Source: a virus
Lineage: Duplodnaviria > Caudoviricetes
Reading direction: 5' to 3' (one strand)
Length of the DNA stretch: 64,000 nt
Virus record (IMG/VR): IMGVR_UViG_3300017913_002143
Span: 1-64,000 of that record
The notes beneath the pieces are model-generated. The model saw only the letters and a program-made list of their open reading frames with translations, had not been told where the DNA came from and searched no databases. Shown here in pieces: positions 45,455-56,716 of this stretch. Position numbers and translations under genes: made by a program. Each line of letters starts with the position of its first letter. Within the stretch, counting starts at the first letter, position 1.

Positions 45455-45462
45455 TATAAATA
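45455..45462 (+). promoter_or_regulatory. T4 late promoter
   Basis: Exact TATAAATA upstream of gp25. Confidence 0.75.
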
Positions 45463-45480
45463 GTACAAATTAAAGGGAAG

Positions 45481-45927
45481 ATGATGGCTAAAAGAGCATT
45501 TGCACTAGAAGATGGAAACATAGCAAGTAAGCCTATTACCTCAACACAAAAGGTAATATATTCAGACATAGACTTGACATTTACTCCAAAACCTTCTGGT
45601 GATGTATTTAAGAAGTTAGAAGCCTCTGCAGTTAAACAAGCTGTAAAGAATATTCTAATGACCAACTTCCTGGAGAAACCATTCAATACCACATTTGGTG
45701 GTAACCTAAACAGTTTCTTATTTCAACTCGATACAGAAGTTGAAATTGAAATATTAAGAGATAGAATATTTGAGACCGTAGAACGATACGAACCAAGAGC
45801 AACTGTTGAAGATGTTGTCATTGGAGTACAGTCAGATAGAAACTCTGTATCTGTATCAGTTACATTTAGAGTAAACAATTCTATTGAACCAGTAACATTA
45901 GAACTCGATCTTATGAGGACAAGATAA
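45481..45927 (+). CDS. gp25: Baseplate wedge gp25
   Basis: YSDIDLTF, AVKQAVKNILMT, EKPF...FG, YEPR. Confidence 0.92.
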   Translation: MMAKRAFALEDGNIASKPITSTQKVIYSDIDLTFTPKPSGDVFKKLEASAVKQAVKNILMTNFLEKPFNTTFGGNLNSFLFQLDTEVEIEILRDRIFETVERYEPRATVEDVVIGVQSDRNSVSVSVTFRVNNSIEPVTLELDLMRTR

Positions 45928-47771
45928 TGGCAACAACCATAAAGTCAGCCGATCTAGATTTTGATACCATTAAGTCGAGATTGAAGGACTACTTTCAATC
46001 TCAAACAGAATTCAACTCATATGATTTTGAGGCTTCTGGTTTATCAAACGTACTTGATGTATTGGCATACAATACACACATCAATGCGTTAACAGCAAAC
46101 ATGGCATTGAATGAATCTTTCTTGCCAACATCACAGCTGCGTAGTTCCGTTCTATCACATGCTGCATTGCTTGGATATGAAACTCGTTCACGTACAGCAT
46201 CAAAGGCTCTAGTTAATCTTTCTTTGAACTTGACTGGTGTAGCTAATCGTCCAGTAACAATTAGACTTGCAAAAGGCACAACATTTTCATCTAATGTAGA
46301 TGGAACATCATTTACCTTTAGAACGAGAGAAGCATATAGTGCAACAGATAATGGTACTGGAACATATGATTTCAAGACGTCAGATGGTTCTGCTGACATT
46401 CCAATTTATGAAGGTATTGAGAAAACAAAGACATTCTTAGTTGGACCAAAAGATGAAAGACAGATCTATGTGATTCCAGATGAGACACTTGACAAGTATT
46501 CTATTGATGTGAGAGTATTCAAAGATATATCATCATCTTTATTTGAAGACTATTTGCCTTTACGTCTTGCATCATCTATTACATCTAAATCAAAACTATA
46601 TTCCGTAGCTGAAGTTCCAAATGGTTATTATGAGTTGAACTTTGGTGATGGTGCATCATTTGGTAAGTCACCAGAACCTGGAGAAAAGGTACAAGTAACT
46701 TATACCTCAACAAAAGGACCTATTGCAAATGGTGGTAGTGTGTTTCTTGCAAACAATACTGTAACTGTTGGTAGTATTGCATACGTGTTGAGTGTTACAA
46801 CAGCTGCTGAATCAAGTGGTGGTGGTGAGAAACAATCGATCGATTCGATTAAACAACTTGCTCCTATTGCTTATGCTTCACAGAATAGGCTTGTGACATC
46901 ATTAGATTATAAAGGTACAATTGAAACAAACTTCTCGACGGTAGAACAAGCTGCTGTTTGGTCTGGTGATGAGAATGTTCCAATTGATTATGGTGCTGTC
47001 TATATTTCACTTGACTTCAAAAACAATACTCCTACAGCTACACAGCAAGCTGTCAAGGACGCTATTAGTAACACATATGTAGATCAACTTGGCACAATGT
47101 CTATGACACCCAAGTTTATTGATCCAGAAAATATATATCTTGAGCTCACAACATTGTTCAGGTTTGATCCATCAAGAACTGGTACAAGTGCTACTACTAT
47201 GGAAAGTTCTGTTAAGTCATACATCTCAACATACTTTGCTGATAATCTTGATACGTTTGGAAAAGTGTTCAGACGTAGTAACCTACTTACAGAAATTGAT
47301 GCTTTTGATCAATCTATTCTATCTTCTCGTATGGATGATATTAAAGTTCAAATGAGAAGGCCTATAGATGTAACTGCTAACAATACTTTTGAAGTTCAGT
47401 TCCCATGTGAAATTGAAGAACCAGATGATGTATATTATCGTGTTACAACAAATGAATTTACATATCAAGGTACGGTATGTCGAATTAAGAATAGATTGAA
47501 GTCAAATCAATTAGCTATTGTTGATCTAAATGATAATATTCTACTTGATAATGTTGGTAACTATGATAGGCTAAAAGGTATAGTGAACATCATTGGATTT
47601 AGACCTGTTACTATGTTATACGGTACAAACGATCTGAAGATTTCAGTTGTACCAAGAAACCCAGCAACAATATATCCTCTAAGAAACTATATCCTTAATC
47701 TTGAAAAAGACAGATCAACCGTTACGGCTGTAACAGATAGACAGGCTGGCACACTTAGAGTTCAAAACTAA
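45927..47771 (+). CDS. gp6: Baseplate wedge gp6
   Basis: LDFDTIKSRLK, YDFEASGLSNVLDVLAYNTH, FGDG, QNRLVT..DY. Confidence 0.93.
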   Translation: MATTIKSADLDFDTIKSRLKDYFQSQTEFNSYDFEASGLSNVLDVLAYNTHINALTANMALNESFLPTSQLRSSVLSHAALLGYETRSRTASKALVNLSLNLTGVANRPVTIRLAKGTTFSSNVDGTSFTFRTREAYSATDNGTGTYDFKTSDGSADIPIYEGIEKTKTFLVGPKDERQIYVIPDETLDKYSIDVRVFKDISSSLFEDYLPLRLASSITSKSKLYSVAEVPNGYYELNFGDGASFGKSPEPGEKVQVTYTSTKGPIANGGSVFLANNTVTVGSIAYVLSVTTAAESSGGGEKQSIDSIKQLAPIAYASQNRLVTSLDYKGTIETNFSTVEQAAVWSGDENVPIDYGAVYISLDFKNNTPTATQQAVKDAISNTYVDQLGTMSMTPKFIDPENIYLELTTLFRFDPSRTGTSATTMESSVKSYISTYFADNLDTFGKVFRRSNLLTEIDAFDQSILSSRMDDIKVQMRRPIDVTANNTFEVQFPCEIEEPDDVYYRVTTNEFTYQGTVCRIKNRLKSNQLAIVDLNDNILLDNVGNYDRLKGIVNIIGFRPVTMLYGTNDLKISVVPRNPATIYPLRNYILNLEKDRSTVTAVTDRQAGTLRVQN

Positions 47772-48838
47772 TGGCTAATTTTGAAACACTAAAAGATTAC
47801 AATCGCGTACCAGTAAACCTACGAAAGAGTCAGGTTGAAGAAGTACTTCCAGAATACTTTGTTGAGGACTATCCAAACTTAGTTACCTTCTTGGAAGGAT
47901 ACTATGATTATCTTGATTCAGATAGACAATGGGGTGGTATAACTCAAGAACTTACTACAGTTCGTGACTATGAAGATACAACTCTCAAAAGACTTGATCT
48001 ACTTCTTGAAGAAGTTGGATTGGGTATATCTCAAGGTCAATTTTCGCAACCGCGGGAAGTTGTAAAAAACTTTGGTAACTTCTTTAGAGTAAAAGGTTCA
48101 GAGTATTCTGGATATGGCTTTTGGAGAGCATTCTTTGATATTGAAGATGTAGAGATTACATATCCAAAAGAAAGATTATTTAGACCAGGTATATCAACAA
48201 TTGGTGTTGAAGATTCCTGGATTATCCAAGATGGTGGTATATATCAAATCTTTTCATTATTGATTAGATCTCCATTACCACTTGCAGATTGGGAACAGCT
48301 ATGGCGTAAATATGTACATCCATCTGGATATCATCTAGCTGCAGAAGTAGTTCTTATTGGTATAGATGAGATGACTTATACTACAGCACAAAGTATTGCT
48401 GAAGATCCAGACATAGTCGTTGAGACATTTGCTACTCCTCTGTTCCAGAGCCTACATCAAGAAGGCGAAGTCACTGGCTTGTATCCAGACAATACAAACC
48501 TTGCAGGATACATGCAGGCTGGTGGAGTTACTCATCGCAGTGGTTACTCAGCTCCATATGTACATCCTGGTTATGCAACACCTGGTGAAGTTGATGCGGA
48601 TGCAGCAAGAGAACGTCTCAGCGTCTACAAGACACCAGAGGACTTTGGTCTTACAAAGACTATCAGATTCATTGATAGCAACTACAAGTCAATTGACAAC
48701 TTGGCTGGCTTCCATCTCAAGTTTGATGACACGTTTGTCAAGTTCTCTGACTCATCATACACAACATTTGATATGATGTATCATGTACAATATAGTGACA
48801 GTGACGGTCCAATAACGCTGTACAACTATTATAAATAG
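47771..48838 (+). CDS. gp7: Baseplate wedge gp7-like
   Basis: LPEYFVEDYP..VTFLEGYY, FRVKGS, YQIFS, YVHPSG. Confidence 0.75.
   Translation: MANFETLKDYNRVPVNLRKSQVEEVLPEYFVEDYPNLVTFLEGYYDYLDSDRQWGGITQELTTVRDYEDTTLKRLDLLLEEVGLGISQGQFSQPREVVKNFGNFFRVKGSEYSGYGFWRAFFDIEDVEITYPKERLFRPGISTIGVEDSWIIQDGGIYQIFSLLIRSPLPLADWEQLWRKYVHPSGYHLAAEVVLIGIDEMTYTTAQSIAEDPDIVVETFATPLFQSLHQEGEVTGLYPDNTNLAGYMQAGGVTHRSGYSAPYVHPGYATPGEVDADAARERLSVYKTPEDFGLTKTIRFIDSNYKSIDNLAGFHLKFDDTFVKFSDSSYTTFDMMYHVQYSDSDGPITLYNYYK
48830..48837 (+). promoter_or_regulatory. T4 late promoter
   Basis: Exact TATAAATA upstream of the gp9-like gene. Confidence 0.75.
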
Positions 48839-48863
48839 AGTTAATATTCACAGGAATTAAACA

Positions 48864-50057
48864 ATGGCAAGAGCAATAATAGCAATAGGAAGTGCGGGGA
48901 ATGATGGTACCGGTGATACCTTACGTGCCGGTGCAATTAAAATCAACGATAACTTTGCTGAACTTTACCAAGATGTTTCAAACCTAGGTCTTTTAGTTTC
49001 AGACTCTGCAGGAGGATTGAATCTTGAAGGTATTAGTTTTGATCAGCGTAGTGTAGTGTTTATTGGTGTAGATAGTCCAAACTCAACTCCTGCTGATAAC
49101 AACGAAACATATTTAAGAGCAACTGAACCAACAAAAGATAATATTATCATCTTACCAGATTCTGGTGGTAATGTTGCCTTGACTCAAGACATTCCTAGGA
49201 AGGTGAGTCAACTTATTAACGACGCTGGATACGTAACAGGTAGTGGCGTAGGCATTGACTCAGCAATTGCATTAACATTGATTGGTGATAACTCTATTGA
49301 CTCTATTGGTGTTATTCAGCTTATTGATGCAGCTTATATTCAGGCCAGAGAAAACAATCCAGCAGCTGGGTTAGACTCAGCATTAGTCAGACAAGAAATA
49401 GATCTGTACGTTGATTCTGGATTTTTGAGAACTGCTGGTGAAACCGCATTCCTAGACTCAGCTGATTACTACGATACTATTGCAGCTAGCCATAGAGATA
49501 ACTTCATACCAATTAACAACAACACTAGAAGTTTAGGTGTTAACGCAACCAGATGGTCAGAACTATTTCTTGGAACAGCATTGGAAATTGATAGCGCTCG
49601 ATTCATATATGATACAAGTGCTGATCAATTAACTATGGGTAAAGTTGCATCTTTAAAATTACAAGCAAATAATTTACAAGATAGTGCAATATTTGCATTA
49701 GGTAATATATCTGGAACAAGATACGTATCGCTGAACACAAATATTGTACCTTCAGCGGATAGTGCACTTGATCTTGGTGCAAGTACTCTGCAATGGCGAG
49801 ATCTCAAAATATCTCGTGCTATTCGTTTTGGTGATAGTGCATCGATAAGAAGACATCATCTTGGTGGTGGTATTCGTTTGAATCTTGCACGTTATGCAGA
49901 CGCTGATCTTCCATCTGATGGAATGGCTGGAGATCTAATTATTATCACTGATGGTGATTCAGCTACACTTGGTCCAACACTAGCGTTTAAAGATAGTGAC
50001 AACGGAAATTATATTAAATTTAACACCGCGCAAGGAGTTGGCGGTGGTGGATTCTAA
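48864..50057 (+). CDS. gp9/gp10-like baseplate tail-fibre connector, DS-rich
   Basis: IGSAGNDGTGDTLRAGAIKINDNFAELY N-terminal motif; 14 DS dipeptides. Confidence 0.75.
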   Translation: MARAIIAIGSAGNDGTGDTLRAGAIKINDNFAELYQDVSNLGLLVSDSAGGLNLEGISFDQRSVVFIGVDSPNSTPADNNETYLRATEPTKDNIIILPDSGGNVALTQDIPRKVSQLINDAGYVTGSGVGIDSAIALTLIGDNSIDSIGVIQLIDAAYIQARENNPAAGLDSALVRQEIDLYVDSGFLRTAGETAFLDSADYYDTIAASHRDNFIPINNNTRSLGVNATRWSELFLGTALEIDSARFIYDTSADQLTMGKVASLKLQANNLQDSAIFALGNISGTRYVSLNTNIVPSADSALDLGASTLQWRDLKISRAIRFGDSASIRRHHLGGGIRLNLARYADADLPSDGMAGDLIIITDGDSATLGPTLAFKDSDNGNYIKFNTAQGVGGGGF

Positions 50058-50076
50058 TCCATAAGGAAATAAAAAC

Positions 50077-51432
50077 ATGCCAGCAATTATTACATCATCT
50101 CTCAGAAAGCAGATTGCTCGTGACTTCTTCGATGGATTCACAGCAGGAAGCAGCCTATACTATATTAGTATAGGTCGTTCACAATTATGGGATAGTAGTG
50201 ATACAACACCCACTCCTGTTGATACTCCAGGTACTATCCAAGATGTTCGTGACAACATGCAATCTGTTAAAAAGGTTCAAGGATCTTCTTTAGTTGTTCC
50301 ACGTTACAATTGGACAAGTGGTACTGTATACAATCAGTATGATGATACCGTACAAGGTATTCCAAGTCCAACATACTACGTGAAGACAGACAACAATCAA
50401 GTTTACCTTTGTTATGAAACAGGTAGAGATTCTGATGGTGCTGTCCAGCCATCAATTGTTGAGCCAACATATTCAAACCTACATCCATTTAGATTATCTG
50501 ATGGATATGTTTGGAAGTTCTTGTATACCATCTCAGCTGAGAGATCAAACAATTTTATGGCCGCAAACTTCATGCCTGTTCAAAAGATTGGATCTGTTGA
50601 TTCTAACTCAACTGGTATTGCGGTACGTCAGAAAGAAGTACAGGATGCATCTCAAGCTGGTGAGATTGTAAACATTACTCTGACTGATGGTGGTGCTGGA
50701 TATACAACTACCGTACCAACAGTTACAATTACATCAACATCTGGTAGTGGTGCTGCTGCTACAGCTCACATTGACTCAGCTCTTGGTGTTGTAACACATA
50801 TCACAATGGATCCAGATAGCTCACGTTTGAAGTTGGGTAGCAAATACTTTGCTCATCCAACAATTACAATAACTGGTGGTAGTCCTACAGCAGCTGCTAC
50901 AGCTCGTGCAGTACTTGGACCAGATTCTGGATTTGGTAATGATGCAAGAGAAGACTTGAATGCCCAAGCATTAATGTTCAACTCTAAGATGGAAGGTGAC
51001 GATAGTGACCTGATCACTGGTCAGGACTTCAGACAAGTATCATTGGTCAAAGATCCAAGACAACGTAATGGTGTAGTGTTTACTGACTTGACTGGTAATG
51101 CTATGGATAAGATGAAACTCAGCACAATCACTACAGCATTCACACGCGATAAAGTATTACTTGGTGCAACATCTCTTGCAAAAGCAAATGTTGTACACAT
51201 TGATTCAAATGAAATCTACTACACACGAACAAATCAAACTGGGTTTGCAGATTTTACAAATGGTGAAGCATTATCAGAAACAACAGGTGCTGGCGCAGGT
51301 ATTATCGACTCCGCTCTCATACGTCCTAAATACGATAGAGAAACTGGTGAGATATTATTCATTGACAACAGAGCAGCTGTGTTAAGAGATCCAACCCAGG
51401 CAGAAGATATAAAGATTATTATTCAATTCTAA
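50077..51432 (+). CDS. gp8: Baseplate wedge gp8
   Basis: VPRYNWTSG..Y, YYV...VYLC, DGYVWKFLYTI, SGEILFIDNR-like GEILFIDNR, EDIKIIIQF. Confidence 0.88.
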   Translation: MPAIITSSLRKQIARDFFDGFTAGSSLYYISIGRSQLWDSSDTTPTPVDTPGTIQDVRDNMQSVKKVQGSSLVVPRYNWTSGTVYNQYDDTVQGIPSPTYYVKTDNNQVYLCYETGRDSDGAVQPSIVEPTYSNLHPFRLSDGYVWKFLYTISAERSNNFMAANFMPVQKIGSVDSNSTGIAVRQKEVQDASQAGEIVNITLTDGGAGYTTTVPTVTITSTSGSGAAATAHIDSALGVVTHITMDPDSSRLKLGSKYFAHPTITITGGSPTAAATARAVLGPDSGFGNDAREDLNAQALMFNSKMEGDDSDLITGQDFRQVSLVKDPRQRNGVVFTDLTGNAMDKMKLSTITTAFTRDKVLLGATSLAKANVVHIDSNEIYYTRTNQTGFADFTNGEALSETTGAGAGIIDSALIRPKYDRETGEILFIDNRAAVLRDPTQAEDIKIIIQF

Positions 51433-51443
51433 GGAACTGAAGT

Positions 51444-54400
51444 ATGGCTACTAATTTAACGACTACCGCTTTTCTCGATACATATCGTGATGACTTTAAG
51501 GATAGTAATCACTATCACCGCATTCTATTCAAAAGCGGCAAGGTCCTCCAAGCTCGTGAGCTTACCCAAATGCAGACAATTATCCAGAAGGAAATTGAAC
51601 GCATGGGTACAAACATCTTCAAAGAAGGTGCAGCTGTGCTTGGTGGTGGCATCACAGTTAACAACAGATACGAGTTTATCAAACTAGACACATCAGTAAA
51701 TGCATTACCTGGTACTCCTTCTCAAATGAATGGAGTGACAATCACTGGGGCAACATCAGGTGTGATTGCAAAGGTTAGAGAAGTAGTCACAGCAACTGGT
51801 GGTGATCCAGATACTTTGTATGTTGAGTATACATCAACTTCTTCTGGTACAGCTGGTGCAACTACTCCAGTTCGTTTTAGTCCTGGTGAGAATCTAACTA
51901 ACTCTGTTACACTACTTACAGTACAAACAACTAACACTGGTGTGAATCCAGCAGTTGGTGCAGGTACAAGAGCATCGACAAATACAGGTGTATTCTTTAC
52001 TCAAGGTCACTTTGTACAAGCTGATGCACAATCTAAAATTATTTCAAAATATACTAGTGATCCATCCTTGAATGTTGGATTTAGTGTTGAGCAAAGAATA
52101 TTCACTGTTGATGATGATGGTGCGTTATATGACAATCAAGGTGCCGTACCAAATGTAACAGCACCTGGTGCTGATCGTTATCGTATCGATATGAACCTTG
52201 CACTAGAGTCTGAAGTAGACTCAGATGAAATCTTTGTATTCTATGCAAAGATTCAAAAAGGTAAAGTTATTGAAGTTGTTTCATCAGATGACTCATACAA
52301 TAAGATTGAAGACTTCTCCGCAAAACGTATTCATGAGATTAATGGTGACTTTATTAAAAATCAGTTTAGAATTGTATATGAAGACCATCCAACAGATAAT
52401 ACAAAGATCAATCTCAAAGTGTCTCCAGGTCTTGTATACCTGAATGGATATCGTAATGAGTATACAGGTACAACTACTATTGCTGTTAACAAAGCTGATG
52501 ATACTGAACAGATTACAAATGATGTAGTATCGGTTGGTATTGGTAATTATATTTTATGTGATAGTTCTCTAGGTGTTCCAAACATTGCTGAGTTTGAACA
52601 GTATAACATTAAGGATGGATATCAGAACACAGGATCAACAATTGGTACATGTCGTGTTAAGTCGGTAGAAGAAGATGGAGCAAACATCCGTTACTACTTG
52701 ATGGACATTAGTATGAATGCTGGATCTAACTTCAAAGATGCTCGTTCAATTGCTGTCAACTCAACTAACTATGCAAACCCAATCCTTGAGAATGGTGATG
52801 CGGTACTAAAAGATAAGATTAACAACACCCTTATCTTCCCATTCCACTATCCACGCGTGCAGGGCTTGACAAACATATCTTATAATGTGTTACAAAGAAT
52901 CACTAGAACAACTGATGGTTCTGGTAATGCTTCTATGCCAACTCTGTCTGGATCAGAATTGTATGTTGATACAGGTGACTGGATCATTGCACGTACAGAT
53001 ACTGGCGCTTTGATTACGCCAACAATCACTTTATCAGGTGGTGGTACTGGTGCATCAATTAGTAGCGGTCCAACATCAACGACAATTGAGATCATTTATC
53101 TCAAGTCAGTTAATGCAAGTGCAAGAACAAAGACACTCACAAACACTACCACCACAACTACTGTAACAACACCTGCAACTGGTGCACCATACATTAGTTT
53201 GGGTAAAGCTGATATTATTGATATAGAAAGAGTTCGCATCACAGACTCGGCTGGTCAAGACATTAAAGGTCGTTGGATCCTTGACAATGGCCAAAGAGAT
53301 AACTTCTATGATGTTGGTAGATTGGTTCTCAAAGGTAATCAAACTGCACCACAAGGTAATGTGTTTGTGAGGTTCAACTATTATGCACATGGTGCATCTG
53401 GTGACTTCTTTGGACCTACTTCATATCCTTCTCCATATGGTGATATTCCAACATACACAAATAAGAGTGGGACGACGTTTGATCTAAAGAGCCACATTGA
53501 TTTCCGCTCACGTAAGGATGATACGGGAGCTAACTTTACTGCAGGTACAGCAAGATATAATGCTCTGCCACAGAACACATCTCTTGTAACCGCAGATGTA
53601 ACATACTACTTGCCACGCTATGACAAGTTAATTGCAACAAATCCTCTAAAGTATGTTGAAGGTACATCAGCATTTGATCCACAGTTCCCACAAACACCTG
53701 CAGGTGCAATTGAGCTGTATCAGGTTAAAATGAATGCTGGTACTGTTAATGACAGTGATATGCAAATGAAACGTATTGAAGCAAAAGGCTTCACTATGAA
53801 GGATATTGCTCGACTTGAAGATCGCTTAGACAATCTTGAAGAAGTTACAGCACTGAGCTTACTGGAAGTTGATCTGAAAAACTTCTCTGTACTTGATTCA
53901 GCTGGATTAGATCGTACAAAGTCTGGCTTCTTGGTTGATAACTTTATTGACCATCAATCATCTGCTGTTGATAATATTGAATATAGAGCATCTGTTGATC
54001 CTCAGAATAAGATTCTAAGACCTTCATTCTCAGAGAATGAAATTAAGATGATGTATGATTCATCTCTGTCAACCAATACTATTCAGAAGGGTGATAATGT
54101 ATACATTAAGTATACACATGAGTCATTCATCAATCAAGATATTGCATCTGGTACAGAAAACATTAACCCATTTGCTGTTATCACAAATGATGGCTATATG
54201 AATCTATCTCCAAGCTCAGACACTTGGAAAGAAACAAAGGTTCGTCACACTAAAGTTATCTCAGGTGGTACTAGACTTGACAATCAGTCAAAGAGACTGT
54301 TTGGTAACTGGAACTGGAACTGGGGTGGGGTTGCAGTAGGTACAAATGTAACTGGTGCAAGAACTCAAGTTGAAGGTCAGTTTAACGTAACTCGAGTTAA

Positions 54401-56516
54401 TCGTGTTGTATCAGAACAAACAATTCGTGAAGTTGTTGACGAGCGTATTGTTGATGTAGCAATGATCCCATTCATGCGTTCATTAAGAGTATACTTCAAA
54501 GTTGATGGACTGAGACCAAACACTCGTCACTATCCATTCTTTGATGGTGTATCGGTTGCTGATTGGGTAGATGGTACAGCATCATTTACAAGATCTGGTT
54601 CAGATGGAAACATTGTTGGTAATAGATTTAATCGTGCAACAACACATCCAGATACTTCATCAGCATCTGATAGAGTTCTGACTACAAACTCAGCTGGTTC
54701 AGTAAGTGGATCATTCTTTATTCCAAACACATCTGCAATCAGATTCAGAACAGGTACATTACCATTTGAGTTGATGGATGTTACTGGTGGTGATAAGAAC
54801 TTTGCTACTTCATCAGCAACAGGATACTTCAGTTCAACTGGTGTACTGAATACAGTTGATCGTACAGTAAAGGCAACTCGTCAGATTGCAATCAGATCTG
54901 TTGTAACTGGACGTTCACGTATCACACCTCCACAGGATGATGGTGATCCAAATCCAAATGATCCGTTGGCACAATCATTCTTTGTGAATAAGCCAAATGG
55001 TGTATTCATTACTAAGGTGAAGGTGTTCTTCAAGACTAAGGATGCTGCAATTCCTGTACAGCTTCAGATTCGTCCAATGGTTAATGGATATCCTGATAAC
55101 ATTCCAGTACCAGGAGCAGTTAAGTTCTTGAATCCTGTTGATGTAAATACATCAGCTGATTCTAATACAGCTACAGAATTTGAGTTTGATGAGCCAGTAT
55201 TCTTGAGTGGCTTGACAGAGTATGCTATTGTATTGCTAGCGCAGTCAGTAGACTATCTTGTGTATGTAGCTGAAACAGAAAAGTTTGAGATTGGATCTAC
55301 AGCACGTAAGGTTGCAAAACAGCCTACACTTGGATCACTATTCTTATCACAGAATGGTTCCACATGGAATGCAGCTCAGAATAAGGATATGAAGTTTGAG
55401 TTGATGCAAGCTAAGTTCCCTCATACTTCAGCTAATGTTGTTCTTGAAAACGCAAACCTACCAAAGCAGCTGCTGCCAATTGATCCTCTAACAATGGATT
55501 CACAGTCATCAACATTGACTGTACTTGCACCAAACCATGGGTTGGTTGTAGGTGACTTGGTTAACTTGACTGGTCTTGATAGTACAACAAACTATGGTGG
55601 TACTAACATTACAGGTGCTGTAGTAAATGGTAACCATACAATTACAGCAATTGATGAAAACACATATCAAGTTACTTTGAGTCAATCGTCAGATTCTGGA
55701 TTAACATTTGGTGGCGATGCTGTTCTAACATCTCAGAACTATCAATATGAGATTATGGTACCAAGATTCCAAACGCTTGTACCACAGAATACAGATGTTA
55801 CAATTGATGTTAAATTAACTCAAGGTAAGTCACTTGCTGGTACAGAGACACAATACAATAAAGATAATTCTTATACACGTATTGTATTGAATGAAGATAA
55901 CTACTTTGATACACCAAAAGTTGTTGCAAACGAGAATCGTGAAGGAGTATCAATGTCTGGTGATAAGTCAGCAACAATCAAGCTGAACTTGACTACATCA
56001 GATAGTGATCTAGCTCCTGTGATTGACTTGCAGAGAGCTGGATTATGGTTATTCCACAATGAGATTGACTTCCAAGACTCTGCTGGTTCACCTGGTGTAC
56101 TAACAAATAACAACAGAAACAATCCAGTTGACTTTGCTGATGAGACTGATCCAACAGGTGGTTCACATCTTGCAAAGCATATTGTAAAACCTGTTGTACT
56201 TGAGTCTCCATCAGTTGGTATCAAAGTACTGCTTTCTGCTAATAAGCCTTCGACAGCAAACTTTGATGTATACTACAAGGCAATCCAAGAAGATGAGAAC
56301 TTTGAGGACTTCAACTGGGTTGAGATATCTGCAGAAGAAAATGTGCAGTCTGATGAAGATCCATCAGTGTACAGAGATTATACATATTTGATTGGTGGCC
56401 AGCAAGGTTTCTCAACACCGTTTGATAAGTTTATCATTAAGATTGTTATGAAAACTACAAATGCTGCTCTTGTACCATCATTCAAAGACTTGAGGGTGAT
56501 AGCACTGGCAGTATAA
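51444..56516 (+). CDS. Large virion structural protein (DUF4815/VrlC-like)
   Basis: DDF..SNHYHRILFK, QARELTQMQ, APGADRY, SGFLVDNF, DPLAQSFFV, FKDLRVIAL. Confidence 0.8.
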   Translation: MATNLTTTAFLDTYRDDFKDSNHYHRILFKSGKVLQARELTQMQTIIQKEIERMGTNIFKEGAAVLGGGITVNNRYEFIKLDTSVNALPGTPSQMNGVTITGATSGVIAKVREVVTATGGDPDTLYVEYTSTSSGTAGATTPVRFSPGENLTNSVTLLTVQTTNTGVNPAVGAGTRASTNTGVFFTQGHFVQADAQSKIISKYTSDPSLNVGFSVEQRIFTVDDDGALYDNQGAVPNVTAPGADRYRIDMNLALESEVDSDEIFVFYAKIQKGKVIEVVSSDDSYNKIEDFSAKRIHEINGDFIKNQFRIVYEDHPTDNTKINLKVSPGLVYLNGYRNEYTGTTTIAVNKADDTEQITNDVVSVGIGNYILCDSSLGVPNIAEFEQYNIKDGYQNTGSTIGTCRVKSVEEDGANIRYYLMDISMNAGSNFKDARSIAVNSTNYANPILENGDAVLKDKINNTLIFPFHYPRVQGLTNISYNVLQRITRTTDGSGNASMPTLSGSELYVDTGDWIIARTDTGALITPTITLSGGGTGASISSGPTSTTIEIIYLKSVNASARTKTLTNTTTTTTVTTPATGAPYISLGKADIIDIERVRITDSAGQDIKGRWILDNGQRDNFYDVGRLVLKGNQTAPQGNVFVRFNYYAHGASGDFFGPTSYPSPYGDIPTYTNKSGTTFDLKSHIDFRSRKDDTGANFTAGTARYNALPQNTSLVTADVTYYLPRYDKLIATNPLKYVEGTSAFDPQFPQTPAGAIELYQVKMNAGTVNDSDMQMKRIEAKGFTMKDIARLEDRLDNLEEVTALSLLEVDLKNFSVLDSAGLDRTKSGFLVDNFIDHQSSAVDNIEYRASVDPQNKILRPSFSENEIKMMYDSSLSTNTIQKGDNVYIKYTHESFINQDIASGTENINPFAVITNDGYMNLSPSSDTWKETKVRHTKVISGGTRLDNQSKRLFGNWNWNWGGVAVGTNVTGARTQVEGQFNVTRVNRVVSEQTIREVVDERIVDVAMIPFMRSLRVYFKVDGLRPNTRHYPFFDGVSVADWVDGTASFTRSGSDGNIVGNRFNRATTHPDTSSASDRVLTTNSAGSVSGSFFIPNTSAIRFRTGTLPFELMDVTGGDKNFATSSATGYFSSTGVLNTVDRTVKATRQIAIRSVVTGRSRITPPQDDGDPNPNDPLAQSFFVNKPNGVFITKVKVFFKTKDAAIPVQLQIRPMVNGYPDNIPVPGAVKFLNPVDVNTSADSNTATEFEFDEPVFLSGLTEYAIVLLAQSVDYLVYVAETEKFEIGSTARKVAKQPTLGSLFLSQNGSTWNAAQNKDMKFELMQAKFPHTSANVVLENANLPKQLLPIDPLTMDSQSSTLTVLAPNHGLVVGDLVNLTGLDSTTNYGGTNITGAVVNGNHTITAIDENTYQVTLSQSSDSGLTFGGDAVLTSQNYQYEIMVPRFQTLVPQNTDVTIDVKLTQGKSLAGTETQYNKDNSYTRIVLNEDNYFDTPKVVANENREGVSMSGDKSATIKLNLTTSDSDLAPVIDLQRAGLWLFHNEIDFQDSAGSPGVLTNNNRNNPVDFADETDPTGGSHLAKHIVKPVVLESPSVGIKVLLSANKPSTANFDVYYKAIQEDENFEDFNWVEISAEENVQSDEDPSVYRDYTYLIGGQQGFSTPFDKFIIKIVMKTTNAALVPSFKDLRVIALAV

Positions 56517-56716
56517 TGAAAGCAAGAGTTGAAGGTCATAATACTCTTATTCGTGACTTGAATAATAATGCTATTTTGAATGTTGATGCAGTATCTGTTC
56601 AACGAGCTCGAGAAGCGAAGAGGGTTAGGAAGAATAACAAACAGGAACTTGAAGAATTAAAGCATGAGGTTGGTGAACTCAAGTTAATGATGAGAGAGAT
56701 ACTGGATAGACTATAA
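56516..56716 (+). CDS. Small coiled-coil protein following the DUF4815 gene
   Basis: LIRDLNNNAILN..., C-terminal coiled coil. Confidence 0.6.
   Translation: MKARVEGHNTLIRDLNNNAILNVDAVSVQRAREAKRVRKNNKQELEELKHEVGELKLMMREILDRL

Noticed and set aside
48864-50057. GIDSA/GLDSA as acyl-carrier phosphopantetheinylation sites
   Set aside because: No four-helix ACP context; the motifs are many per protein in beta-rich fibres; no PPTase is visible in the window. Not fully excluded.
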